From Chlamydiales bacterium (GTDB taxonomy: Bacteria; Chlamydiota; Chlamydiia; Chlamydiales; SM23-39), in contig OZ253438.1 of the NCBI GenBank assembly GCA_965261025.1, positions 630,001 through 662,000 of the forward strand: a stretch of 32,000 nucleotides of DNA, given 5' to 3'. A model generated the notes under the pieces. The model did no database searches, was not told where the DNA came from, and worked only from the letters and a program-made list of their open reading frames with translations. How positions within the stretch are numbered: the stretch's first letter is position 1; each line of letters opens with the position of its first letter. A program made the translations under genes and the position numbers. Positions 1 to 7,523 of the stretch are shown one piece after another.

Positions 1-1165
1 CTTCCGTTTTATAAGAGATTTCTGAATGTATAAATGAAATACCCCGAGCTACAGCCAAAAGCTCCATAGAAGTTTGACCACCTGATCGGGTCAAGGTAAT
101 GTCACTTCGAAAAAAAAGAGGGGCTATTACCTCGTCGGGTTGAAACGAAAGCGGGATTATGGTTAGATTAGAAGGAAAGTCTTTTTTCTTCGATACCTCC
201 TTACAAACCATAGAAAAAAGCGTCTTCTTCTCGCTCGGAGAGTGGGGACAAAAAGAAGCCACATAGAGGTTTTTCTCTGGGAATTTCGAAGCTACTTCCA
301 TAATAATCTTTAAATATTTGATCTTAGCCAAATAAGCAGACTGAGAACCCAAAAGCACCGTAATCAGTATGTCGGAAGGAGCAATCTCGAAACGAAATGA
401 TCTTTGGGAAAAAAAGCCTATTTTTTTTCTCTTTTCTACAATCCTCTGAACTTCTTCTTTCTCCCTTTCCGAGGGAAAAGAAAAAGAGAAAGAAAAAGGA
501 ACTTCTCTTCTTTTCCGCCTTTGATACTCTAAAAAAGGCTTCCGGATCACAAAATTTTGGTAGTTTACCTCTTCTTTAGAAAGCTTACAGTATTTTTCCC
601 AAAACTCCCCTTCTGTTTTTTCCTCTTCTAGGAGAGGCTCTACTGTGATAAGCTTTAAATACTTCTGGTTTTTTTTTGAAAGTCTACGAATAGGGAATAA
701 GATAGAACTGGCCTGCTTAGTAGGAAACTCTAACAAAATCTTTTCCAAAACAAGCTCTTTTTTCTGCCAAAAATTATACACCCGGATGGCTCTTATAATC
801 CCTGCAGTTGCCAGAGGCTGTGTGTCAAAAACTCTATCAGGACTCTGCTTTTTTAAATGATATAAGGTCCAAAAAAAAACATAAGGCCAAAAAACTACAT
901 CAAACCACTGCAGCTTGCTCGCCATCCATTCTAATCTTTTTGTACTTCCTCTTTTTTGATAGGTATTCCAAAAATGGGGAATAATCCTACCCAAAAAACT
1001 CAATCCTTGCAGTAAAAGATCTATCTTTGCAATTTTTGCCTTTGGATAATCCTCCTTAAGCTGCTGCTCTTTAGCAATAGCAGCCTGCAAATTTCCATTT
1101 CCTCCAGAAGTAGTAATCAATAAAAAGGAGTGCTCTTTTAAAGAAAGGCTGAGGTTTTCTTTCAT
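1..1165 (-). CDS. GT-B fold glycosyltransferase, UgtP/MGDG-synthase-like (GT28-type). Partial: the C-terminus lies beyond the left edge of the window.
   Basis: Absent from the supplied ORF track because it has no stop in the window. My own translation of the minus strand from the ATG at 1165-1163 stays open for ~388 codons to nt 2: MKENLSLSLKEHSFLLITTSGGNGNLQAAIAKEQQLKEDYPKAKI...FRSDITLTRSGGQTSMELLAVARGISFIH. 'LLITTSGGNGNLQAA' resembles the N-terminal Gly-rich loop of UgtP/MGDG synthases. 'TRSGGQTSMELLA' resembles the C-terminal 'T(K/R)xGG.T..E' nucleotide-sugar motif of GT28/MurG-type enzymes. An AAGGA sits 8 nt upstream of the ATG. The gene starts 9 nt after the stop of the upstream gene. 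Confidence 0.6.
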   Translation of the reverse strand, partial: MKENLSLSLKEHSFLLITTSGGNGNLQAAIAKEQQLKEDYPKAKIAKIDLLLQGLSFLGRIIPHFWNTYQKRGSTKRLEWMASKLQWFDVVFWPYVFFWTLYHLKKQSPDRVFDTQPLATAGIIRAIRVYNFWQKKELVLEKILLEFPTKQASSILFPIRRLSKKNQKYLKLITVEPLLEEEKTEGEFWEKYCKLSKEEVNYQNFVIRKPFLEYQRRKRREVPFSFSFSFPSEREKEEVQRIVEKRKKIGFFSQRSFRFEIAPSDILITVLLGSQSAYLAKIKYLKIIMEVASKFPEKNLYVASFCPHSPSEKKTLFSMVCKEVSKKKDFPSNLTIIPLSFQPDEVIAPLFFRSDITLTRSGGQTSMELLAVARGISFIHSEISYKTE

Positions 1166-1174
1166 AGGTATCCT

Positions 1175-1573
1175 TTAAGCAGCAATAATCGCCCCCATAG
1201 CCACAAGATTCACAAACCAAAAAAAAGAGTCAATGAGAAAAAGCCTAACTCTCGCTTTTAACCATATAACAGGATACAAAAGAACAGGCGCTACCAAACC
1301 TATCCAAATCCCTACTCCTACATAAACTCCGTCTAAAGCAGAAGTTGCCCCCAAAAAGGCTAAGAAAACTGCTAAAAAAAAAGCTGTAACAAAAGAAAGA
1401 AGCACCGTAAGGACCCAAGAAAGCTTCCAAAGGGATCCCTTTCTAGAGTCAATACGATGCTCTTTTTTCCAAAGTTCTCCAAAAAGTAGAGAGGAATACC
1501 AGATCCCTCCTATTATACAAGAGGTTAAGGCAGCTACTAAAACAGTTAGTATATCAATATCTATGATTTCCAT
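1175..1573 (-). CDS. Small polytopic membrane protein, DUF1761-like
   Basis: 132-aa ORF with about 4 hydrophobic helices. The N-terminal 'LTVLVAALTSCIIGGIWYSSLLFGELW' resembles the conserved start I remember for DUF1761 proteins (G.lWY..l.Fg..W). An AGGA lies 7 nt upstream. The start is 2 nt from the stop of the upstream lipoprotein gene, suggesting translational coupling. Confidence 0.6.
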   Translation of the reverse strand: MEIIDIDILTVLVAALTSCIIGGIWYSSLLFGELWKKEHRIDSRKGSLWKLSWVLTVLLSFVTAFFLAVFLAFLGATSALDGVYVGVGIWIGLVAPVLLYPVIWLKARVRLFLIDSFFWFVNLVAMGAIIAA

Positions 1574-1575
1574 TT

Positions 1576-2673
1576 TTATCCTAAAGGTAGAGTTAACACA
1601 GGAGGAGGAGCTTTTCTATCTTCCGATTGAAGATTATATAGCTGTAAAAGCAAAAGAAAAGTTTGTTTGGACTGCATATCTGTATCTTTTATGTAGAACC
1701 AGTACCCTTTGTATTTTGTTGCTACATAGGCTCCTTTGGGACGGTAAAAAGAACAGTATATGTGCATCAATTGAGAAGTAATCTGCTTCCAATCAAAAAA
1801 GCTTCCCTTTTCTACAGTTAAAGCCACTATCTCCTTTTCCATATGTTCTTCAGGAATTCGAATTCCTGTAGAGAGATAATACATACAAGATAGAAGAGAC
1901 CTTGGCATAATTCCCACTCTTGCCTTGGTGTTATACCCAAGCTCTACAGTAAGCAATCTATGCCCATTTTCCGTTTTTACTCCAGGGAGAAGTTCTGCTA
2001 ACCTCTCAGATTCCTTTCCTTGTTCTGGAAAGATAACCTGCAAGATTTGTTTTTCTTCTTTTCCTTCTTTACATTCTTCGATACGCACTCCTAAGTGAAG
2101 CTCCGATCTTTTCTGAAAATAACGAAGAAGCTCTGTAACCTCAAAAAAAGACTCATATCTGGGAACATATTCGGGAATAGGACCCGAAGCCTCCGGGGCA
2201 TTAAGATGCTCATCAAAGCTTTGGACTACCAAACGAAAGACTAGATCTATATTCCAGCCTGAAAGAACTAGCTGCTGCATAACTCTTAAATCAATAGGGT
2301 GCAAAAGCTGTCTTGCAAAAGCCTGTCCTTGCAAAGGGACATACTGAACAGTAGGCTGATTTTGCCAAGAAACATCTCCTCCTACAGAAACAGGATTTGG
2401 CATAGTAAACCCAGGAATCTTAAAAGCAGCATTTCCCGAAGTTTTGAAAGTAAACTGCGTAGTGATATTTCCCACATTTAAGAAAAAAGGCGTATCGTAG
2501 TAGCGAAGCCTGACCAAATTGAGAAGCATCTGCTCACTACCTGTCTCTTGTAGCACCGTGTTATAAGCAGTTCTTCCTCCACTTCCTTCCACAGCATATT
2601 TGCTAGAAATTTGACAGCTACAAAGAAAAAAAAGAGGGAGAAGAAAGAAGGAAAAAACAAAAAATCTCTTCAT
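1576..2673 (-). CDS. Putative lipoprotein of unknown function
   Basis: 365-aa ORF. The N-terminus MKRFFVFSFFLLPLFFLCSCQ has a basic n-region, a hydrophobic core and a lipobox-like L-C-S-C. The rest is soluble-looking with no motif I can name. It is first in a tightly packed three-gene minus-strand string. Confidence 0.7.
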   Translation of the reverse strand: MKRFFVFSFFLLPLFFLCSCQISSKYAVEGSGGRTAYNTVLQETGSEQMLLNLVRLRYYDTPFFLNVGNITTQFTFKTSGNAAFKIPGFTMPNPVSVGGDVSWQNQPTVQYVPLQGQAFARQLLHPIDLRVMQQLVLSGWNIDLVFRLVVQSFDEHLNAPEASGPIPEYVPRYESFFEVTELLRYFQKRSELHLGVRIEECKEGKEEKQILQVIFPEQGKESERLAELLPGVKTENGHRLLTVELGYNTKARVGIMPRSLLSCMYYLSTGIRIPEEHMEKEIVALTVEKGSFFDWKQITSQLMHIYCSFYRPKGAYVATKYKGYWFYIKDTDMQSKQTFLLLLQLYNLQSEDRKAPPPVLTLPLG

Positions 2674-2746
2674 GAGGACCCACCAAAAAACAAAGAGCCA
2701 AGATACCGAAATCTTTAAAAAAGGGCCAGGGATCTTTTAAATATTC

Positions 2747-2775
2747 TTGTAGAGAAAAAAAAAGATTCTTATAAG
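2747..2775 (+). promoter_or_regulatory. Candidate sigma70/66-type promoter for the histidine kinase operon
   Basis: TTGTAG (2747-2752), a 17-nt spacer, then TATAAG (2770-2775), about 25 nt upstream of the ATG at 2801. It lies in the 127-bp divergent intergenic region. Motif match only. Confidence 0.25.
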
Positions 2776-2800
2776 CAAGGAAAGTAACAAAAGCTTTCTT

Positions 2801-5281
2801 ATGCTCTCGTTCTGGAAAAGAAGTGTACCCCTTTTTTTTGCGGGAATCCCCCTCCTTGTATCCCTTATGGTACTCGTGGGATGGTATATAAAAAACATAG
2901 CTCTGATCCGAGTTCTCCCTCATTTTACGGGTATGCAATACAACACAGCGCTTTGTATATTTCTCTTAAGTGCTGCCATTATCCTCTTTTTATTTGAAAA
3001 ATCTTGGATACCAAGGGCTCTTTGTCTTTTTGTGGCTGTTCTGACTTTTTTTACTGCAATTCAAGATATTGCACAGACTGATTTTGGCATCGACAACTTC
3101 TTTTTCACTTATAATTTAGAAACTACCATGAATCATCCAGGGAGAATGGCCTTAAATACAGCCTTCTGCCTCTTTTTTCTCGGCTTGATTATAATAACCC
3201 TTTCTTTCAATACTGAAATTTTTGATCTCATTGCGTTAATCCTCTCTGCTATCGTCCTTAGCTTTGCTATAGTTAGCTTCTTAAGCTACTTAACAGGCTT
3301 AGAATCTTTAGCAGGATGGAAAAACTTTTCTAGGATGGCTGTCCATACTGCCTTTTGTGTTATCTTTCTGAGTTTTTCTATTGGTTTACACATCGTTATA
3401 AAATCGCTAACTTCTTCTACTCAACTAATTACTCTTCCTCTAACAGCTGCTATGCTTGCCCTGACCAGTTCAGTAGCTGTATGGCAGGCCTTCAAAGCAC
3501 AGGAATTTTTTTTCGCAGAAAAAGAAGCTAGAGATGTCCTGGAATATTTAAAGGCAGATATGGAAGACTCTTTACGAGAGGAAATTGGGATCTTAAGAAG
3601 ATTAGCAGAGAGATGGGAAATCTTGGAAGGATATCCAGAAGCTCTGTGGCAAAAAGATACACAGAATTACCTTAATGATTTAAAAGGTTTAGCTTTTATC
3701 TCTGTAGTTGATAAAAACTTTCAGATCCTAAAACAAGCAGGAAAGGCAGATAATGTCTTATCCCAGCTTTACGAAGAAGAAAAAACCCTTCAAGCTCTAC
3801 AGAAAAAAGAGACCACAATCAAGTTAGATAAAACCACAAAAAAGCTTCTTGTTTTTATTCCTCTATTCTTTCAAAGCTCTTTCAAAGGCGCCCTTATTTC
3901 TGAATTAGATCCTAAAGTTTTCTTTGAAAAATCCCTCCGCTCTTTGGGAAAAAGCCATTATCTGATCTTATTACTTTCTAAAAATACCATCCTCTTCTCT
4001 TCTGGTGAAGATCTTCCCGTTGTGGTAGGCTCTCCCCTTTCTGTAAACTTTAGCTATATTCCCTGGGTTTTAGAAATCTACATTACCAAAGATAGTTTAA
4101 AAGGGGGATTTTGGCAGCTTACCTTCTTCCTTATTTTAGGAGGCCTTTTGATTACCACCCTATCTTTTGCCGCAACTTACCTAGCCGTTTCCATAAGGAT
4201 GAAGAAAAAGGCCATAGAAAAACAGAATCAAGAACTTGCTTCAGCTAAACAAAAAGCAGAAGAAGCCACTGTTGCTAAAAGTACTTTTTTAGCTACCATG
4301 AGCCATGAAATTAGAACCCCTTTAAACGCAATCATAGGAACCATCCAGTTAGTAACAGAAACCAATCTAGATGAAATACAAAAGAAATACGTAAAACGTA
4401 TTAACCTTTCCAGCCGCTCTCTTTTAAATCTCTTAAATGACATCCTAGATTTTTCCAAGATGGAGTCTGGCACTTTAAAAATAGAAAAAGCGCCCTGCAA
4501 CCTCCTAGATATAGCAAGGCAGTCAAGTCAAGATCTACTCTTCAAAGCAAAGGAAAAAGGGCTCGATCTCCTACTGGATTTTCCTTCCTTTTCTATGCCT
4601 GATATAGAAACAGACCCCTACAGACTCCAGCAAATCATAACGAATTTTATTAATAATTCCTTAAAATTTACCGAAAAAGGCTCCATTACTACCCGGATTT
4701 CGTATAAGGAGAAAGAGAATAAACAGCTTCTTACAAAAATAGAGGTCATTGACTCTGGAATAGGAATTTCCCCAGAAAATCTCCAAAAACTCTTTCAAAA
4801 GTTTTCTCAAGTAGAAGTCTCCCATGCAAGAAAATCAGGCGGAGTAGGCCTTGGTCTTTCTATCTGTAAACACTTAGTAGAAGCCATGCAAGGCTCTGTC
4901 GGGGTAGAAAGTGAACCGGGAAAAGGCTCTTGTTTTTGGGCAGAAATCCCTTTTTATCTAGCTTCTAACCAGCCCCCTTCCTCTAACTACTCCCTAGAAG
5001 GGAAGAAAATAGAGCTGCAAAGCTCTTGTGCAAAAGAGCAAGATATCTTATCAAGGTACTTAAGAGACTGGAAAGTTTTTTTAACGACAGAAGCAGATAA
5101 AAACCTTTCTATTTTTTCTTCTGATTTAAAGGAGAAAATAGAGGAGGCAAAAAAAGGGAAAAAAACTATTGCCCTCATTAAAAATGAAGAAGGACAGGAA
5201 GAAGGGATCGCAGCCTGTTTTATAAGACCTATTGGCGTTAAGGATTTCTTTTCCTCCCTACAGAAAATTTTAAACCCATAA
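2801..5281 (+). CDS. Membrane sensor histidine kinase: polytopic N-terminal sensor, HisKA and HATPase_c, then a degenerate receiver-like tail
   Basis: 826 aa. H-box '[18 protein letters not shown]' (His502, nt 4304-4306). N-box '[14 protein letters not shown]'. G1 '[11 protein letters not shown]'. G2 '[34 protein letters not shown]'. The first ~235 aa are multi-pass membrane. A further TM segment ([26 protein letters not shown]) sits just before a coiled-coil and the HisKA domain. Confidence 0.92.
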   Translation: MLSFWKRSVPLFFAGIPLLVSLMVLVGWYIKNIALIRVLPHFTGMQYNTALCIFLLSAAIILFLFEKSWIPRALCLFVAVLTFFTAIQDIAQTDFGIDNFFFTYNLETTMNHPGRMALNTAFCLFFLGLIIITLSFNTEIFDLIALILSAIVLSFAIVSFLSYLTGLESLAGWKNFSRMAVHTAFCVIFLSFSIGLHIVIKSLTSSTQLITLPLTAAMLALTSSVAVWQAFKAQEFFFAEKEARDVLEYLKADMEDSLREEIGILRRLAERWEILEGYPEALWQKDTQNYLNDLKGLAFISVVDKNFQILKQAGKADNVLSQLYEEEKTLQALQKKETTIKLDKTTKKLLVFIPLFFQSSFKGALISELDPKVFFEKSLRSLGKSHYLILLLSKNTILFSSGEDLPVVVGSPLSVNFSYIPWVLEIYITKDSLKGGFWQLTFFLILGGLLITTLSFAATYLAVSIRMKKKAIEKQNQELASAKQKAEEATVAKSTFLATMSHEIRTPLNAIIGTIQLVTETNLDEIQKKYVKRINLSSRSLLNLLNDILDFSKMESGTLKIEKAPCNLLDIARQSSQDLLFKAKEKGLDLLLDFPSFSMPDIETDPYRLQQIITNFINNSLKFTEKGSITTRISYKEKENKQLLTKIEVIDSGIGISPENLQKLFQKFSQVEVSHARKSGGVGLGLSICKHLVEAMQGSVGVESEPGKGSCFWAEIPFYLASNQPPSSNYSLEGKKIELQSSCAKEQDILSRYLRDWKVFLTTEADKNLSIFSSDLKEKIEEAKKGKKTIALIKNEEGQEEGIAACFIRPIGVKDFFSSLQKILNP

Positions 5282-5289
5282 AGGTTTCT

Positions 5290-5688
5290 ATGGATTACAA
5301 GACTTGTTTTGCAGGAAAAAAAATTCTTCTAGCAGAAGATGACACCACTAACCAAGAAATGATGAAAGATATCCTAGGAGGAATGCAGTGCCAAATAGAA
5401 ATAGCAAAGGATGGAAATGAGGCGGTAACTAAGTTTTCTCAAGGAAGTTTTGACCTTATTTTAATGGATATCAGAATGCCTAATAAAGATGGTATTCAGG
5501 CTACTAGAGAGATTAGAGCGTTAGAAAAAGGCAATAAAAAAATCCCCATACTCGCTCTTACTGCTAGTACATTAAATTCAGAAAGAGAAAGTATCATATC
5601 GGCAGGGGTTGATGACTTTTTACAAAAACCTATTAACTTAGAAGAACTTAGAAAAAAAATGGCGCAGCATCTTTTGGGAAGCACATGA
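5290..5688 (+). CDS. Stand-alone CheY-like response-regulator receiver domain protein
   Basis: 132 aa. Acidic pocket 'LLAEDD' (D17/D18). Phospho-acceptor 'LILMDIRMP' (D60, nt 5467-5469). 'LALTAS' (T91). 'FLQKP' (K113). No output domain. Starts 8 nt after the kinase stop, with an AAGG upstream. Confidence 0.92.
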   Translation: MDYKTCFAGKKILLAEDDTTNQEMMKDILGGMQCQIEIAKDGNEAVTKFSQGSFDLILMDIRMPNKDGIQATREIRALEKGNKKIPILALTASTLNSERESIISAGVDDFLQKPINLEELRKKMAQHLLGST

Positions 5689-7103
5689 AATCATTTCGTC
5701 CTTTTTTATTCTTTCTCATCTTTTTTTTCTTAATAGGACTTAGCGTATCCTGGTTTGTCTTTCAAAAAGCTCTAAAGCAAGAAAATCAGCTATCTCAGAA
5801 AAAATTTGAGGAGAAAGTTCAGGGGTTTTTGTACGCTATTCAAGAGCGTTACTCTAGAAATCAGCTCGTATTAGAAGGTATAAGAGGGTTTTTTGCTGCT
5901 TCAAATTATGTCTCTTCAGAAGAATGGAATTTATACATAGAAGGCCTGAACCTCAAGGAAAAATTTCCTGGAATCCGGTGGGTCTCCGTCATTCAGTATA
6001 TCCCTTCCTTTGAGGAGGATTCTTTTCTTTCTTCTTTTCGCCAAAAAGAAAACTCTTCTTATCAAATATGGCCGAAGAGTACAGAAGGACATCTTTTCCC
6101 GATAACTTACATCTACCCTCATTACTTTAACCCTTGGCTCGGCTTTAATCTTGCCAGCAAGCCAGAACAAAAAACAAAATTACAAAATTCTATACGAAGT
6201 AAGGAAATTGAGGTCTCTAAGGCTTTTTCTCTCCATTCTTTGGAAAAATCTCCCTCAAGTTTTTTTTTCTTCCTTCCTATATTTAAAGGAAAAGAATCCA
6301 TTTTTGGATGGGCCGGTGCCTTCATTGATTTTTCCATTCTTTTAGAAGGGGTTGTCGAAGGAACTTCTTTAAAAGAGATTAACCTACAAGTTTTTTCAGG
6401 AAAAGAAGAAATAGCAAAAAACTTAATCTTCCAAAAGATAAATAGAAAAATCTCTCCTTCCTGGAAAACTACCAAAGACCTCAAATTAGGAGATCTTTAC
6501 TGGACGCTATCTTTTTCTAGCTTCAAAACTTCAGAAACAAAAAGCCTCTACCCTTTTCTTATTTTATCTTTTACTTTGATTTTTACGGTAGTTTTAGTCT
6601 TTTTGTTTTACTTCATAGTAAAGAAAACCGCTTCGTATCAAAATCTGGACAACAATGAAAAAGATCTTTTTTTAAAAACTCATTTACAAGATCACCTAAA
6701 ACAAGCCTTATTTGCTACAGATACTCAAGGCCTTTTTATCTTATTTAATTCCACGGCAGAAGGGCTTTTAGGATATCGAGCAGAAGATCTTATAGGAAAA
6801 GAAAAATTAACTCTTCTATGTGATCTAGAGGAGTTGAAGAAAAAAGCCGAAGAGCTTTCTTCTATTTTGAAAAGAAAAATAGAACCGGGATTTGCTGTAT
6901 TCCAGGCTTTTTTAGAAAAGGAAATCGCACCTTACCAAGAATTTTCTCTTTTAAAGAAAAATCGGTCAAAAATTTCCCTATCACTTCACCTTTCTGTTAT
7001 CTTAGACCCAGCTAAAAATCTGATAGGATACCTCTTCCTAGTTTTAGAGAAAAATCCCCCTTCTTCTACGCCGCCACCCTCCTCTGGTCAAAATCAAAAA
7101 TAA
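5685..7103 (+). CDS. CHASE domain, TM segment, PAS-like domain protein with no transmitter or output domain
   Basis: 472 aa. N-terminal TM (FLFFLIFFFLIGLSVSWFVF). The extracytoplasmic region follows the CHASE pattern: '...SSEEWNLYIEGLNLKEKFPGIRWVSVIQYIP...FPITYIYPHYFNPWLGFNLASKPEQKTKLQNSIRSKEIEVSKAF...FFFFLPIF'. A second TM follows (LYPFLILSFTLIFTVVLVFLFYFIV). Then a PAS-like 'LFATDTQGLFILFNSTAEGLLGYRAEDLIGKE'. Its ATG overlaps the receiver gene stop (ATGA at 5685-5688). Confidence 0.8.
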   Translation: MKSFRPFLFFLIFFFLIGLSVSWFVFQKALKQENQLSQKKFEEKVQGFLYAIQERYSRNQLVLEGIRGFFAASNYVSSEEWNLYIEGLNLKEKFPGIRWVSVIQYIPSFEEDSFLSSFRQKENSSYQIWPKSTEGHLFPITYIYPHYFNPWLGFNLASKPEQKTKLQNSIRSKEIEVSKAFSLHSLEKSPSSFFFFLPIFKGKESIFGWAGAFIDFSILLEGVVEGTSLKEINLQVFSGKEEIAKNLIFQKINRKISPSWKTTKDLKLGDLYWTLSFSSFKTSETKSLYPFLILSFTLIFTVVLVFLFYFIVKKTASYQNLDNNEKDLFLKTHLQDHLKQALFATDTQGLFILFNSTAEGLLGYRAEDLIGKEKLTLLCDLEELKKKAEELSSILKRKIEPGFAVFQAFLEKEIAPYQEFSLLKKNRSKISLSLHLSVILDPAKNLIGYLFLVLEKNPPSSTPPPSSGQNQK

Positions 7104-7181
7104 GCAAAAAGCTACAAAGACGGCATGCCCTTTTACACAGATTCTTTAACGCTCTAAGAGCAGAAAACTCTCGTTTCTAAC

Positions 7182-7505
7182 CTATCCTTTCCGAGAAAAA
7201 TTCTCTTTTAGTTTTTGTAAAAATCCCTCTAGTTCTTTAGGAAGAGAGGAAAGATCTTTTCCTTGGGAAAGATTTTCCTTTGCTTCTTTGAGTTTTTGAT
7301 CCCATTCTCTACACAGATTCGTAACAGACATATAACCAAAGGATCCAGCTGTGCCTGCCGTTTTGTGAACCAAAGCTTGTAGTGAATGAAGCGTTTCTTC
7401 TTTCATTTCCTTTTGTAAAGAAGAAATAAGCTCCTCGACTTGCTTTATCTTCTCTGGAATATTTTTTTCATATTCTTTGGAAAAATCTGCTAGATTATCT
7501 GTCAT
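7182..7505 (-). CDS. Histidine phosphotransfer (HPt) domain protein
   Basis: 107 aa. 'ALVHKTAGTAGSFGY' aligns residue for residue with the canonical HPt motif (for example ArcB 'AHKIKGAAGSVGL'). The phospho-His candidate is H47 (nt 7365-7367). The gene starts 18 nt downstream of the valS stop on the same strand. Confidence 0.8.
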   Translation of the reverse strand: MTDNLADFSKEYEKNIPEKIKQVEELISSLQKEMKEETLHSLQALVHKTAGTAGSFGYMSVTNLCREWDQKLKEAKENLSQGKDLSSLPKELEGFLQKLKENFSRKG

Positions 7506-7523
7506 AAAAACTCCTTTTATCCG

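Noticed and set aside
397-860. Plus-strand ORFs 397..579 (60 aa) and 645..860 (71 aa) from the ORF track
   Set aside because: Both lie antisense to a much longer open minus-strand frame (the glycosyltransferase, open from 1165 to the window edge). Their products are low-complexity F/K/L-rich, as expected for shadow ORFs in AT-rich DNA.
669-879. Two 9-nt homopolymer runs (T9 at 669-677, A9 at 871-879) inside the glycosyltransferase gene, considered as phase-variation switches
   Set aside because: Comparable A/T runs of 8 nt occur inside essential genes here, for example T8 near the valS start (~10301) and near the pknD/Nudix overlap (~10883). They reflect the AT-rich, Lys/Phe-rich coding style rather than contingency loci.
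1563-2938. Short ORFs 1563..1781(+), 2299..2481(+), 2478..2660(-), 2618..2938(-) and 1245..1430(-)
   Set aside because: All overlap, or are out of frame with, the well-supported lipoprotein, DUF1761-like or histidine kinase genes. None has a motif or ribosome-binding site. 2618..2938(-) spans the divergent promoter region and the start of the kinase gene.
7122-7129. Palindrome GGCATGCC between the convergent CHASE-PAS and HPt genes, considered as a terminator
   Set aside because: An 8-bp perfect palindrome with no loop can form at most a 2-bp stem as a hairpin. It is more likely chance or a restriction-type site than a terminator.
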